Part shown: one piece after another, positions 1 through 13,104 of the stretch
Layout of the letters: the number at the start of each line of letters is the position of its first letter
Position numbering within the stretch: position 1 is the first letter of the stretch
NCBI GenBank assembly: GCA_030265395.1
Contig: JARFYF010000050.1
Coordinates: 19,244,044 to 19,308,043 of the forward strand
Direction of reading: 5' to 3'
Source of the DNA: Rhina ancylostomus
Lineage: Eukaryota
Length of the DNA stretch: 64,000 nucleotides
Made by a program: the position numbers and the translations under genes
The notes under the pieces: generated by a model
What the model was told of the DNA's origin: nothing
Database searches by the model: none
What the model saw: only the letters and a program-made list of their open reading frames with translations

Positions 1-349
1 AAAGACGACAAAGAAGATTTAACTCTGAGAACCATGCATATAAAAGCTCAAGCAACGCATGGGTTTGGACACATTGTTTTCAAAAGTGACTATTGACATG
101 TTCAGTAAAAAGTAAAAGCTAAAAGTGTGGCAAGAGCAGAAAAGATCAGCTGACCTGCTGTCAAAGACCATTGAGTCTTGGAATGAATGATTTTGAAATA
201 ACATCTAGAAGTATAGGTTTAAAAGCCAAAATAATTCAGCAGTAGAATTATATTATGGTCAAGAATATATGAAAGGGATAATCCTAAGTGTGGAGTAAAT
301 TTGTCAGAGATCATTTTAAAAGATAATTAAAAGTCCTGTTGATGGTTTT

Positions 350-3138
350 CCCAGTTTTAATTCCCCCCACCCCCACAAGCACACTTTGATGCTACCAAGT
401 GGAATTTACAGCTACCACATATTTTCTACAGCACACAATTCACATAATATTTCATAAGTAAACATTTATAAAGATGATAGCTATTTTCTTTTCCCCAAAA
501 AGTATAAACAGTGCCTTTTTAAAGCTATTTTTTCTTTTTTTATATTATAAAAAAATGATCCATGGAATACTTATGTGCACATATTGAAAGTGTATAAAAG
601 GATGATTACATTTCTTTCTAAGTCTGTTCCTACTTATTTTAATCTGCGTATATGAAGACAATCATATGCTACTAATCATAATAAATACTCAGTTTTAAAT
701 ACTTGAGTCAGATTGACCTATAATACACCATATTGCAATGGTTTTTGGAATATATTTTAACAGAATATATTTTGGCAGTAAAAAAAGTAAATTCAAAACC
801 AAAAATAAACTACACACAAATTAAAAAATCTCTGCAGCAAGGAAAACACAACATATATTAGAACAGCTCCTTAATTCTGATTATGCTGCCTTCGTCTGAC
901 TACAAAACCTACACAGCATTCAGAACAGACTCCGCTCCTGTTAATCCTCAGAGATGTCAGATTTTGATAACATTACACAAAACAAAATAAAACGTGATTC
1001 CAATTTTTTGGTTCATTCACGCAGTCACAATCTCATTTCATATTTAATAATCTAATCTCTTTACACAATTCACATTNNNNNNNNNNTAGGAACCCTCCTC
1101 GGAGACAATAAATGATTAAAAATATATAAAAAACTTGTATTGGAAAAGGTTGGGATGTTTGCTACTCCAGAGAGACCTCGCAGACTACTTTTGTAATATA
1201 CAAAGAATACTTAAAACTAATGGATATAAAATTCCAAACATGAAAGACCTGTTTTTAGTCTTCCTCCTATTTGAAATATGATATTTTATCATAATAGTTG
1301 TGGTCATAATATTAATTGCATTAAAAGAAACAATATGCAGCTAATTTCTTTTCCATGTGTTTTATCCAGTTCTCTTTAGTAAACATGCCCATTACAAATG
1401 TTTGAAATCTCGACTTAAGGTGATAAAGTGCTTATCAGGCAAATGCCTTCCATTTAGTAAATTGCAGTTGCATTGAATTTTTATAAGTTAGGCATTAATA
1501 TTTGCATAATTGCTTGCTGTGAATAAGGGTCCAAAACTTCTGATCTTTAAAATTCATGTCTAACAAATCCCCGTGTGTTAGCTCAGCTGAGAGAATCATA
1601 TAATTACCTAATGTAAAGAATTGTATTATATATTTTACTGTATTATTATGTTAGCACATTGGAAGCTTTTATGCATAATTTGAATGCCTTTAAAATAGTT
1701 AACTGTACTGAAATATTAAAGTTTTAAAAAAATTACATTTCTTTTGAGCTGCTTTTGAAAGCTTTTAACCAGCAACTGAACCAACTTCAATTGCTGGGGT
1801 CGGCTTATTTTATTAAATTTTGCCATTAGCAACTCCAGAATGATCTGAGGAAATGTGATGACAATTAATGAGGTGACAGCTCAGGAGACATATATGGTGC
1901 ATTGAAGTAAATGAGGCTTGTTTCAATCTTAAAGCAGTGAGGAAAAGAGGAATGGGATGCAGAAAAAGTGGCAAAGCTGGGCAGGAGAGCAATGTTACTT
2001 CCCTTATCAGGCTACATCTTTCAAAATACCCTTTAAGCCCTGTGAAAATCTTTTCTGAAATGATTATGTCAGTGACGTGCCTCTATAGTTGACTTTTATC
2101 TGTTCCCTGTGGCATGACTGCCCTTGGTAACAGAGTGTTGCCATTTGACTTCAAGTGGAACATAGCTGCAACACAGAAAGCCAACACTATTCAATGAGTG
2201 GGTTTCCTCTCCAAACTGTTAGCCACAGTGAGAAATGTTTACACAGTGCCTCCACAGAAGAGGATTAAATGAAATTTCACAATGTCAATTGGAGGTTTTC
2301 TTTTGGTGGAGGAGGTTACAGCATTTTACCTTTTGATTTATAATGAGAATCCATCCTTGCATTGTAGCTGTAGTTAAAGACGTTAGACTGAAGCTGTCTA
2401 CAAGAATAAACTGTTTCCTTTCTCTATTAATCAAATGAGACTCAAAAATGAATATAATGGAAGGCTTTAAAAAAGCTCACTTCACACAATTATGGTTATG
2501 AGGGGAATGTTTCAATCACTGCTCTGGTTGACACTTCAATCCACCAGCCACAAGTGATTAGCTTTGTCAGTTTTGTTGCACTGGCCTGTTGTTAGGTGCT
2601 GATCACATAATAATCTGGGGTGGGATTAGATGAGGAGAGATTAAATGTTGTGCAGCTTTTATCTTTCTGACTATCACCTTAAAGCTGTGTGGCTCATTTC
2701 ATACAAACTCGTGTTCATTTAACTTAATTTAAAATCAACCATCCTGCAAATCTGACAGTCACTTAAAAAAAAGGAAAAAAATATTTTGGCCTAGATCCAG
2801 AGAGCTTTCTGGTTGGTGCAAATCTGTGAAATTGGCATAGTTGCCAATTTCAAAAGAAAACAATGTAGCTGTCAAGTCTTTTTTTCTGTTGTTTTAAGTT
2901 TACACATCAGAAATTTTCTTCAAAGTATATTATACTGAGCAAAACTCAAGAAAAATTTGCAGTAACCACAGATAAAACATGTAATAAACACAAAAAAAAG
3001 CATCTGAGGTAAAAATATCATGTTAACCAAGAGAGCATCAGCACAAAACATTTCTGCATGTCGTGCCGAACCCCCCACAGTTTCTGAGAAGACGTTTCTA
3101 GCCCTGCTGGGTTTTAGTGTGTCTCTGAGTTTCTCTTG
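350..3138 (-). other. RBFOX3: Probable RBFOX3 3' UTR (distal end uncertain)
   Basis: Follows the stop codon, is AU-rich and has no recognisable TE. Minus-strand AATAAA at 1809-1814 and ATTAAA at 1043-1048, 638-643 and 356-361 are candidate poly(A) signals. Confidence 0.55.
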
Positions 3139-3183
3139 CTAGTACGGGGTGAAGCGACTGTACCCTCCTCTGTACAGGCTAGC
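3139..3183 (-). CDS. RBFOX3: RBFOX3 terminal coding exon (ASLYRGGYSRFTPY*), carrying the C-terminal PY-type nuclear localisation signal
   Basis: Minus strand reads tttcatctttgatgttgcag|GCT AGC CTG TAC AGA GGA GGG TAC AGT CGC TTC ACC CCG TAC TAG; phase 0 after GTM. The RGGYSRFTPY end matches RBFOX3, whereas RBFOX1/2 end RFAPY. Confidence 0.95.
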   Translation of the reverse strand, partial: ASLYRGGYSRFTPY

Positions 3184-3613
3184 CTGCAACATCAAAGATG
3201 AAAAAAAAATCAAATAAATATTTTTTAATGTACGAAATGCTACAGCAAAAACAAGCCACAAATCTAATTAAGAGAATGAAGGGAGAAAAATCATCTTAAT
3301 TAATGAAAGCTTTTAGCTAGCAGCTGCTCCGGAGATATGCAAGATTTGAAACCACACGCACGCCACCTCGGCAAATTTAAATCATTTGTCTAAACGAAGG
3401 CATTGCGCTGATGAAGCTCAAGGGAGGGCAGCCTTTTTTTTCTCTCTCTCTGCAAAACGGTTACAGAGGGCTTTGCTGCAATCACCATTCATTAATCTTA
3501 ATGTTTTTCTTTTTTTTTGTTGAGGCTTTCAAAATGGAAAATTGAATTTTTTTTCATCTGTGATGTTGGCTGCAAAGCTAGCTAAAAACCACGTGCATCA
3601 GTAAAAGTATCCA

Positions 3614-3700
3614 CTAGAGTGAGTGTGAGAACTGAGAAAGAGGAAGAGAGACAGAGGAAGAGACACACATACAGAGAAAGGAAACAGTGGGAGAGAGAAG
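3614..3700 (-). promoter_or_regulatory. Long polypyrimidine tract with candidate alternative 3' splice sites (AG at 3632-3633 and 3614-3615)
   Basis: Minus strand ctgtttcctttctctgtatgtgtgtctcttcctctgtctctcttcctctttctcAGttctcacactcactctAG. Confidence 0.5.
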
Positions 3701-6493
3701 CAGTCTATATGTGTATGAATTTACCCCTGACATTGATGGTAATTGTGCAAAAAAAAAGCCTAATCCCTAGATCTTCTTATGCTGATCAGCTAAATATATC
3801 TGTATATCTCCTTATTATTTTAAAACACCTTACATTTTAATTAATTCCCTAGTTGACTTCCCCTCCAATGTGGCCTGCTTGCGTCGATGTACTGGGCATC
3901 AGGGGCCCTCACTTTCAGCATAGCTTCCAGTGCTCTCGCCTATCAGTGACACGGTCTCAGGTTGGAATTAAAAAGAGTACTTTATATTTTTGCCTTGCTG
4001 TGGTGAGCGGTCCCACTTGATTTTAAATTGAGAGAACTCATCACTGACAAGTAGGCTGGATGGAGAGTCACCCATTATTTTATAAAGTTATTAATCTACA
4101 TTTTTAAAAACTCTTAGCAATCAGAATTTTTCCCATTCCAAACTTAATTGCGGCAAATCTATATTATGAACGTAGTTCCTTGAAAAGAATGATGGGTTGC
4201 ACCTAAATATGATATAAAGTAATGAGAAGTGAAATGAATAAGTATGCAGTAAAACATTCCAAACCAAAAGTTGCTTAATTTAGAGCAATTATACCTGTAG
4301 TTTAGGAGAAGCCATTTTGCCCACTCAAAAGTTTAGTAAATAAAACTAATTTCTGTTAGTGCTCTTGCTTCTTCTATGACATCATCAAATATTGTGTTGT
4401 TAGGAGAGAAGTGTTAGTTAGGTCATCTGTGAGGGATATTGCCTGGGTTGGGACATTGACCTTTAACCTCCCCTCATAAGCACTGTGAAACAGTAGAAAT
4501 AAGTGACCAGTCATAGTTTGCAGAATCAATTTAATTCGTTTCTGACCTCCATGTTTCATTTGAACATGAAGCAGAACCAAGTCATGTGACATAAATGTTA
4601 AATCCAAATAAATGCTATAACTGTGTGTGGGTTTTGTGCATTTGTATAGTTCCACGTACTTAAGACCCTGAATGGTTGATCACGTGAGGTCATGTAGCTC
4701 ACCTGTTCCCCTGGTAATAGAATGAAGAAGATTCTTCTTGGTGCCAACAACTCTAGTTTCCAAATCTACACACACAGCTTTGAATGATAACACTGGAGAT
4801 CCAACCTGNNNNNNNNNNATTTGCATGCATTTCACTTCTGCAAGCACAGGACCAGCACGTTGAGATATTCAGTATTCTACTTATTGCCCAGTATAAGCAA
4901 TTGCTTGCTGTTTTATCTGGGATGAGAGCTTGGAATTCAGTGGGATATTGGGACCTTCCCATAGCCTAAAGACAATGGGCAAAAATATTCCATAAAATCA
5001 AATGAACTGTCACAGTTGCACAAAATCCTGAGTTCTTCCAATTTGACTTTGTTGGACTTAAAAGCAAAACTGATCCAAACCGGAGAAAGTTCTGATTGGA
5101 TTTGGTTTGATTAAATCCGTTTGGATTTTGGGTTCAGTTCAATGCTTAATCCCTACCTGGTAAGCCAACCAAGGACTGGCATTGACGGCATTCCTGGAGA
5201 TATCTCTGAGATGAACCGTCCCACTCTCTCTAACGAGGAGGATGCCATGGTTGCAGGAGGTTAACATGGGGGAGGAAAGAAAATGGGGGAAAATGAGTGG
5301 GGGAACAAGAGATTCTCTAACTGGACATGTTGAAATTACAAGACAAAGCAGGCAGGAGCTAAGAAACTTTCTGCTAGTAATGACTAATAGAAATAATATA
5401 GAGAAGATCATTCAATGATGTCAGAGACGAGAGAGGACCAAGTTTAAGTTAGCTAGTCTTTTAGTAGCTAGCAGATTGTTTAATAACAGATTTCTCCCAA
5501 ACTACATAATTTTTGGGTGTATCAGAATGTCTTATAATTACCTTTTTGCATCAAATCAGGCGTTTACAAAGCCATTACCATAAAAGCCTAGGCACAATTC
5601 CCCTGCAGGGTTAATACTGCACTTTCATTATTTTGATGTATTCTTTTACCTATATTTGAAGATGTGTGTTGTTTTGCTACATGTGTGGTCTTTTAAACTG
5701 TGGGATGCATTATCTGTCATCCCACTGCAATAGAATAGCATCTGTAGAAATGGCACTTTTGTCATGGGGTATTAACAGCTTTCTCATGACATAAAAAATT
5801 CTTAACTGCTATCGGTATGTAAATGTTTCAACGTAATTAAATTTNNNNNNNNNNNNNNNNNNNNNNNNNNNNNNNNNNNNNNNNNNNNNNNNNNNNNNNN
5901 NNNNNNNNNNNNNNNNNNNNNNNNNNNNNTGAGGGGATGTAGTTTCTCCCAGTGCTTTCCTGTGTATATCTCTGCGGATAAACGTAGATATGTGACTTGG
6001 GCATCCTTTATGAAACAGATCTACAGATAGACAACCGCAGCCATTTTACCAGCAGTGATTTGTTCTTTCTTTTATCTGTAGGTTTGGTTCATATGTGTAT
6101 AGAGTCACGGACATCTATGGGTACACTACTATACTGTAGTAACTATTACAGAAAGCAAAGGCATCTTCAATCTAGTAGAGAGAAAGGGCTGCACAAACAT
6201 GTGCTAAAGTGTGTTTCTCCTCAGTTTAGGGTTGAAGCAGTTTTAATTAAAGAGCTTGAGTTTTAGGGTTGGTGTTTAACATAAGGTTATGGCAGGATTT
6301 AAAATTTGAAAATGTTCAGCTCTTTGCCCACAGAAGTTCTTACACTGCAATAAAAGTACAACCTATGTGTGCCTGTAAGTGTGTGCCTATGTGGGGATTT
6401 ACGTGCAAAGACACACGCTCACAAAATACATGCTCGTGTTGTTTTCTGTGCAGAATGCCAGTCACTACAGTAAGAGGGGTTATTAATGCTTAC

Positions 6494-6572
6494 CATGGTG
6501 CCAACGCTGTACGTTGCAGCTGGTGCAATTGTGTGGTGGTATGGGTCGGCTGCTGCATAGACTCTGCCATAA
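6494..6572 (-). CDS. RBFOX3: RBFOX3 coding exon, 79 nt ((S)[26 protein letters not shown])
   Basis: Acceptor ctctttgttttccag, donor ATG|gtaagc; peptide matches the RBFOX C-terminal domain and phases fit the neighbouring exons. Confidence 0.96.
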
Positions 6573-7399
6573 CTGGAAAACAAAGAGAAATACTTTCATT
6601 ACAAATCCAAGTCAAGAGTCACCAGTTCACTTACTTTGGGTACACCAAACGTAGGATGAAGTACTCCCAACTTGATAACACAGTGCCCATTTAAATCTGA
6701 CACAAATTCAAAGAGTCAGACAATGGCAGTGCGTGCAATCTACATATATGCTGCTACTTTTCATAGACTGAAGTAAAAGTACAAGCAAAATGTTTCAAAA
6801 TATCTTTTGTAAGGTAGAAATAAAAGCAAAAACTCTTTAAACCCAGCAGTTAGTTTTTGGCATTGTACCCTAACTCGGTGTCCCCAACAGTTAGAAATGA
6901 TATACGGCTCAGATATACTGCTTAGCTATCTTTTCATGAAAACATGCAACACTTCTGAACTGTTTCTGATCTTTGCTAAATTCAATGCACAGTTGTTTTG
7001 TTTGTTAATTGGCTTTATATACATCTATAATATTCCTTGGGCAATTAGACCAGTGGTATGAAGAATTTCACCACACAGCTCTAAGCATTGCCTCAGTACA
7101 GTAATCAAATTGAAGTGGTTAACTATAAACTTTCTACTAGAGGGCACCCCAGTACAGAATTAACAAATGAAGATTATTCCATTTGTGCATTGTCTACCAT
7201 TGAATGCTATGACTGGTCAATTTCCCTTTGAAATTATTAATCTTCTGTTATTTCAACTAAATGTAGCTAATATACAAAGACACATTTTCAAGTAGTGCTG
7301 TATTTATTCAGAAGCCTGATTCTTCAAATGGTATAATTTTAAAAAAGGGTTTGCTCAAGAATCACACACACATTTGGACCTTAATGGGTCCTTAATGGG

Positions 7400-7506
7400 A
7401 CCTTAGTAATGGGTATATGTGCCTGTGATGTTGCTGCAAGTAAGTTTTTCACTGCACCTGTGCATACATGTACTTGTGCGTATGACAATAAACTCAACTT
7501 TGACTT
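7400..7506 (+). mobile_element. LINE 3' tail fragment (Rex/Babar-like)
   Basis: Ends gacaataaactcaactttgacttt, i.e. a poly(A) signal plus short-repeat tail. Confidence 0.5.
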
Positions 7507-8626
7507 TCTTCAAACTTTATATAATTTGTAATGACAAGGAGGTGTTACATTGAGGGTGGACTGCACAGTACAGCAACCTTCACTTTCATCCACACCACTG
7601 ACATTTCAAGCACAAACACCTGGCTAGTAATCGCTTGCAAAGTGAATACAGTTTATGTCACTATTGCATTAGGGTTTCAGTGAGTGAGTGTTTCAAGGTA
7701 ATTTTCAACAGTAAGAAATGGGAATTTAGAAGACCATAAGACATAGGAGCAGAATTAGGCCATTGTGGTCATTTCTATGGCCTTGCATTTTGAGAGTGTT
7801 GGTGGAAAAATGCAAAACCTATTTCTTTTTGTATCTGAGCCAGTCATTGCCATAAATAATAAACTCAAACGTGTTTTTAATCATGTGATGCAACTCTAAC
7901 AAAGCCAGAGAAGCTTTTGTGAAGCAGTTACAGAAAAGAATAAAAAAAAAGTCTTGCATTAACTAAAATGCCTTAATAAAGTACTGAGCTGGCCTGGCCT
8001 GGAATGAACTGAACCTGAATATGTTTTGATAAAGCATAGATTCAAGCCAGGTTAAACCCAACATAAAGAGTTGGGTCCTGAGGGACCCAGACTGTGTTGT
8101 CAGGCTCTGTCATAGGTGCTGTAATTTAACACCTATTTCCCTATATAGTATGAAGGAGATAAAATGTCCAGCCTTGCCATGAGCTATGTAAATGTACACT
8201 TTGTATAGAGGAGGCAGCTATCTTGAACGAGTGGGGAAATATGGGAAAAATAACATTTTTAAAGTGCAAACAATATATGAAACAATTCAAGAGTGTATCA
8301 AGGAAAACATGGAGCTAATTACATGTTTCTACCTGCTTGTTAGAAAGTTCACAGTGTTAAAGAAAAAACATATTGAAAACCTGAGAAAAAACTGGTTCTG
8401 TCCATAGAAGTCACTTCATGAAATCAGTGCTGAAGAAGCCAGTCCAATATATAGTCAAACAAGGAAATATTTATTTAAATCGTCTTTCCAAATTCACTGA
8501 AGCACTTTGATTTGACTGCTGTAGAAATGAATATTACTCAGTAATTAAATACTAATGCTAATTTTTTCCTCTCCAGTGAGCCATTCGCATTTGGTAAAAT
8601 GATCTGCAGTGATGTAAATTGAAATG

Positions 8627-8800
8627 AGTTGAAAGAAAGACTTGCACTTACATTCCTTTCTGAATATCCAAAACAGTTTAAGCCAAAGAAGTAGTTTTTA
8701 ACCAACTGCTGTAATGTTCAAACACAGCAGCCAATTTGCTCTCAGCATGCTCCCAACACAGCTTGACCCCCTCACATGCTTTGCAGGACATGAGTAATGG
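8627..8800 (-). mobile_element. DeuSINE-like 3' tail fragment
   Basis: gaaagaaagacttgcacttac...agccaaagaagta...cagcagccaatttgc, reverse-similar to 39895-40040. Confidence 0.45.
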
Positions 8801-11800
8801 ATATGGAACTCTGTCTCAGACATGACCAATGGACCCTGGATGCTGTTCCCTCTCCATCAGAATTAATCCACAAGAGGTAAGACCAATCAGCTTTCCTGGA
8901 GACTTACAATATTCTAAGGGGGATGGGAAGATAAGATTTCATGCAGTAGACAATGATTTGATTATAGTAAATCTTCTGTAATAAGTGCCAGTCCCTCTTT
9001 AGTTTTGGGCCTGAGATTCCTCTTTCACTCATCTTTGCACCCTGGACTCCGAGAGCCTAATCTGTTGTTTCTGTCAAATGCATGTATGTATCAGGTGCTC
9101 GCCCACAAGTAAATGAGCACATGATACAGGCATATATTTGAAGGATCGATTGATCAGCAATGCACTATGTGTAAAACAGGGATTCAATGGAGCTTGCCCC
9201 CATGTTCCTTCATAACTCTGCCTACCAGGGTAATGTGGAAACACCACCCTAAATTACTTGAGCATCTAAGTAACACACCAGTGAACTGTACTTTCAAACC
9301 TATATCAGAAATATAGGCCAGGATGTTCTCATGTTCAGTCATCGATATGTGCAGAGTTAACCAATCTCATCCAGACTGGTCACTTCAACCTACCTAGTCA
9401 CCCCTGGATGCCTGGGCAAAGAAAAGGAGTGTATCCAACTTTGTTGGAAGGTCAGTGTGAATCTGGGGACAACCAGATTGGGCTCTCATTGAGAGCCCCA
9501 TGGACACCAAAACGCATTGTCAAATGAAGAATGACTAGTGAGGGGAAACTTTAGAGAGATGCTGGGATCTGGGAGACCATAGCCAAGCAAAGACTGTCCA
9601 ATTTCAGGACAGAAAAGCAAGAGAAGGGATGAGAATAAATGGAATGTAATTGGAAAATAAATATAGGTATTTCTTCAATTTAGCATTGTAACAGCTTCTT
9701 AATAAATGTGATGAACTGCATACATTTTAGGAACCACAATGAAATAAAACCTCTTTCTTCCTTTTCTAGTCTCAGTGGTTGAATGCCTATGTTATGACCA
9801 GCTGTGCACTGCTTAGGCCTTGTGTGTTAAGCTTTACAGTTGTTTAAAGAGTTTAAAGAATTTATCTTTTCATTATGTTCTTGTTATGAGCTAATAAATA
9901 ATTTTTAATCGTATGTTTGTTTCAAACCCATTTAAAAATCACAGCCTTGCCTTCAGCAAACCTGCTCTGGTAGTTTCTCTTATGACGGCGGTCTCCTCTG
10001 ACATGCATTAATAAAATGAATGTTTGCCTGGAAAGGCCCGCACCATCAGTTATAACTGGATTTCGCAGTTTCATCTTTTTTTTGGTCAAAGAAATACTTT
10101 CTAAAACTGCAAATGTATTGATCTGTGTGATTGCCAGCAAACATCCAACATCTCAGATACTTCTTTAAAGTGACGGACTGCAAATGAGGTCTGTGTGCTA
10201 CAGATAACAAGGCTGCAGCGAGTGACAAAGCAGCCTTAACCAGGAAAGAGGGAATTCTGAGGGAATCAAGTCAATCGCGCTGCAAATGATGTAATACTTT
10301 AAATAATATGTACATTTAAATCTGTCATCTTTCCACTCAGAGGATTTCTGTGAAAGGACAAATGTCTGGGATATTTCAAAACCAAGAAAGCATCTGCTTT
10401 TGAATAAATTCATATATTTTTCATCTGGGAAAATCCTTTAAAACTACACATACTACAAATAGGCAAATTAATTCAGTGATGCAAACAGTGATTAGATTCT
10501 CTGAAGGAAGATGACCATCTTAAAAGGAAAATCTGAAACATGCCATAAAAAATATCGAACATAGTAAACATAATTTCCCCAGTCTCTTTAAATGCAGCAT
10601 CTTGTCCAGAGCTGTATGGAGATTCTGGAAAAAAAAACAGACATGAAGCAATTACAGTGTTTAACAAGCTGGAACTGAGGTAAAAACGATTGACTACAAT
10701 TTCCTCGCTTATAATTTTCTTTTTCCTTTTTTTTAAGCAGGAGCATAATATTTGCCCTTTCCAGTGATTCCAGTTTACAAAAGTTTTTGGAGAAGTATAC
10801 TTACTTCCATACTCTGAGAAGCAAATGTGGCATTCACTTTTGTTTCTATTGACTTTAAAAAAAATGTTTCTTGAGTGGTGAATGATTTGCTTTCCTCAGG
10901 CATTCTCATTTTCCTGTTTTCACCTTCCTCTGTTCCCTTCGGCAGCTATGTAAAATCTGGATTCTTCAGCATCATTACTGCGACCAGCATTTTACTTTTT
11001 ATTCCATATTTATTTAATTGACTGAATTTAAATTTCTCATCAGCTGTAGTGGGTTTTAGTTTCAGGTTTCTGAAAAGCAACCAGCCCAGTAACATAATCA
11101 CTCTGTTACTGTACCTCAAGCATGCCTGAGGAAGATGTGGTTCAGTCATATTGCTAATGTAAAGTAAAATACAAACAATCTGGGACCGGATTTGTGGAAA
11201 AAGTTTCATTTCTTCAGATGGGGCATTGGCATTACTGCAGTTAATTTCCTTGTAATTCTGTTCACTGTTATTGTGGTAAGTCACTGAGTGCCAACAAAAT
11301 GGCTTAGGACTAGTTTGGTTCTTCTCCAAAACAATTTTCAATAAGCCGACAATTGTTAGTGCTTTGACCAATGGACTGAAACTTTCTACATCAATATCAT
11401 ATCATAAACTCACATGGTATCATAATGAAGAGCAATCTAAAAAAAAGAAATATATACATGATGCTATTCAAAGACTCTGACTATTGTCAGTGAAGATTTT
11501 TCCAAGCCCTGACCAACTCTGCCCAATTTTTAATCCAGTTTAGTTAGTAGCCCTTGGAAATTAATGAGGTGTCCAAAAATACTGATATATGTTAAAATAT
11601 TTTGATAAATTCAGTACAAAACTGTGTTTTAACTCTTGATTCTCATATCTTGCAATGAGCTAGAATTTGACCAGATTGCAAGCAATCTAGAAAAGTCTCT
11701 GCTTTATGGACAATTTTCTTCAAATCATATCCTGGTGGGGTCTGGAATTCAATGCCTAAAAGGTAGAGACAAATGTTGGTGCATGTATAAAGGACTTCCA

Positions 11801-12044
11801 TGATCTCTTGATGTGCCATANNNNNNNNNNCCACTGCTATAGCTGGAAAGTGGAATTCGACTGGAGACCTGAATTTATCCAGCATGAAGAGTGGAGTGAA
11901 TGGTCTCCTCCCATTGATTCTATGCACCTGGACATTCAAACCTGCATGTTTTATACAGGAGTATGCATTGAATTAGTCATGCCCACAGTTTCCAAAATCC
12001 TTAAATTTCCATTAATAACAGTCCTACCAGCATGGCCACCTCTG

Positions 12045-12200
12045 ATAGAGTCATAGATTCATAGTGTTATACAGTACAGAATCAGGATCTTTGGCTTAAC
12101 TTGTCCATGCCGATCAAATTGTCTATCTGAGCTAGTTCCATTTTCCTGCATTTGGCCCATATCACTCTAAACCTTCACTATCTATAGACCTTTCCAAATG
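12045..12200 (-). mobile_element. CR1-clade LINE 3' end
   Basis: atagagtcatagattcatag...acagaatcagg...ttggc...tccatgccga tail, reverse-similar to the end of 40440-40757. Confidence 0.6.
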
Positions 12201-13104
12201 TGATCATTAGCTTTATATGATCAGGAGTCCATAACAAAAGTCACATTGGAAGATTATAATGATTTCCATTGTCATGTCAAATAACAATTTAAATGGTCAG
12301 AAATTTCCTTCACCAGGAGTTGGCACTGCTGTATTCACCAGCATCTCTGACTTTTTCGAGGGTGTAAAGCAGTTGAAGATTCACCTTCATTTCATAAAGA
12401 GAGCTAAAGAATTAGATTTGAAAACATTTTTATTTAGCTCACCCACTCTATCCACTTCTCCTGCTAGAACATTCAAATCAGTTAAATATCCAATGCAACA
12501 ATGCAGGAGAAAGATTTCTCTGGGGAATAGCATTAGCTTTTGCTTCCACACTAATTTGCTCATTTGCAGTTTGGTATCTTCATACTGCAGACTTCTAAAC
12601 TCATGAAATTTTGCACAGAAATAATGTTCTGTTACTTACATTAAGGGATGCAGAGACATCATGGTAGGGGAAGGCTCAGGCCACCAAAGAAGGAACTTTT
12701 CATTTGAATAACTTGCACATTGATAGCTCGCTGCCAAAAAAACTGGTATTCAGTCATTCCACTGTTGGTAAGGTCTGACAAAATCACTGGTTTGATCTTT
12801 ATGACCCTGGAGCCCTCAGGCATGCCATTTTCATGCCTTCTATGAAATGGAGATGGTGGAGACAAATGTTTTGCACTGACTTTCCAACAAGGCATACCTT
12901 CCCTAATATAAAAAAACATGGCTAAGTAGTTCTTGATTACCCTAAAACCACAGCAGAGAGGCAATATTTTCTAATATTCAATCAATGGTTCAGTTTTCAT
13001 TGCCACTTTCCTCAGTCTTTAACCTAACAGCAAAGATAGGAAGTACCCTGGTCACACCACCAGATAACAGATATGGAAAGTACAACACAGAAACAGGTCA
13101 GGAA

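Noticed and set aside
3390-3404. AAT GCC TTC (NAF) resembling the start of the RBFOX1 NAFAPL extension
   Set aside because: No AG directly before it, a stop after four codons, and the wrong spacing from the last exon.
3408-3450. CTGATGA as a hammerhead core near the last exon
   Set aside because: No stem II followed by GAAA, and it lies on the antisense strand.
5040-5130. Imperfect palindrome as a structured ncRNA (similar ones near 11495-11560 and 30380-30445)
   Set aside because: Many mismatches and indels. More consistent with decayed palindromic repeats.
6419-6493. Read-through of the GTM donor into the intron as an alternative C-terminus
   Set aside because: The donor is strong (ATG|gtaagc) and the short peptide has no recognisable similarity or other support.
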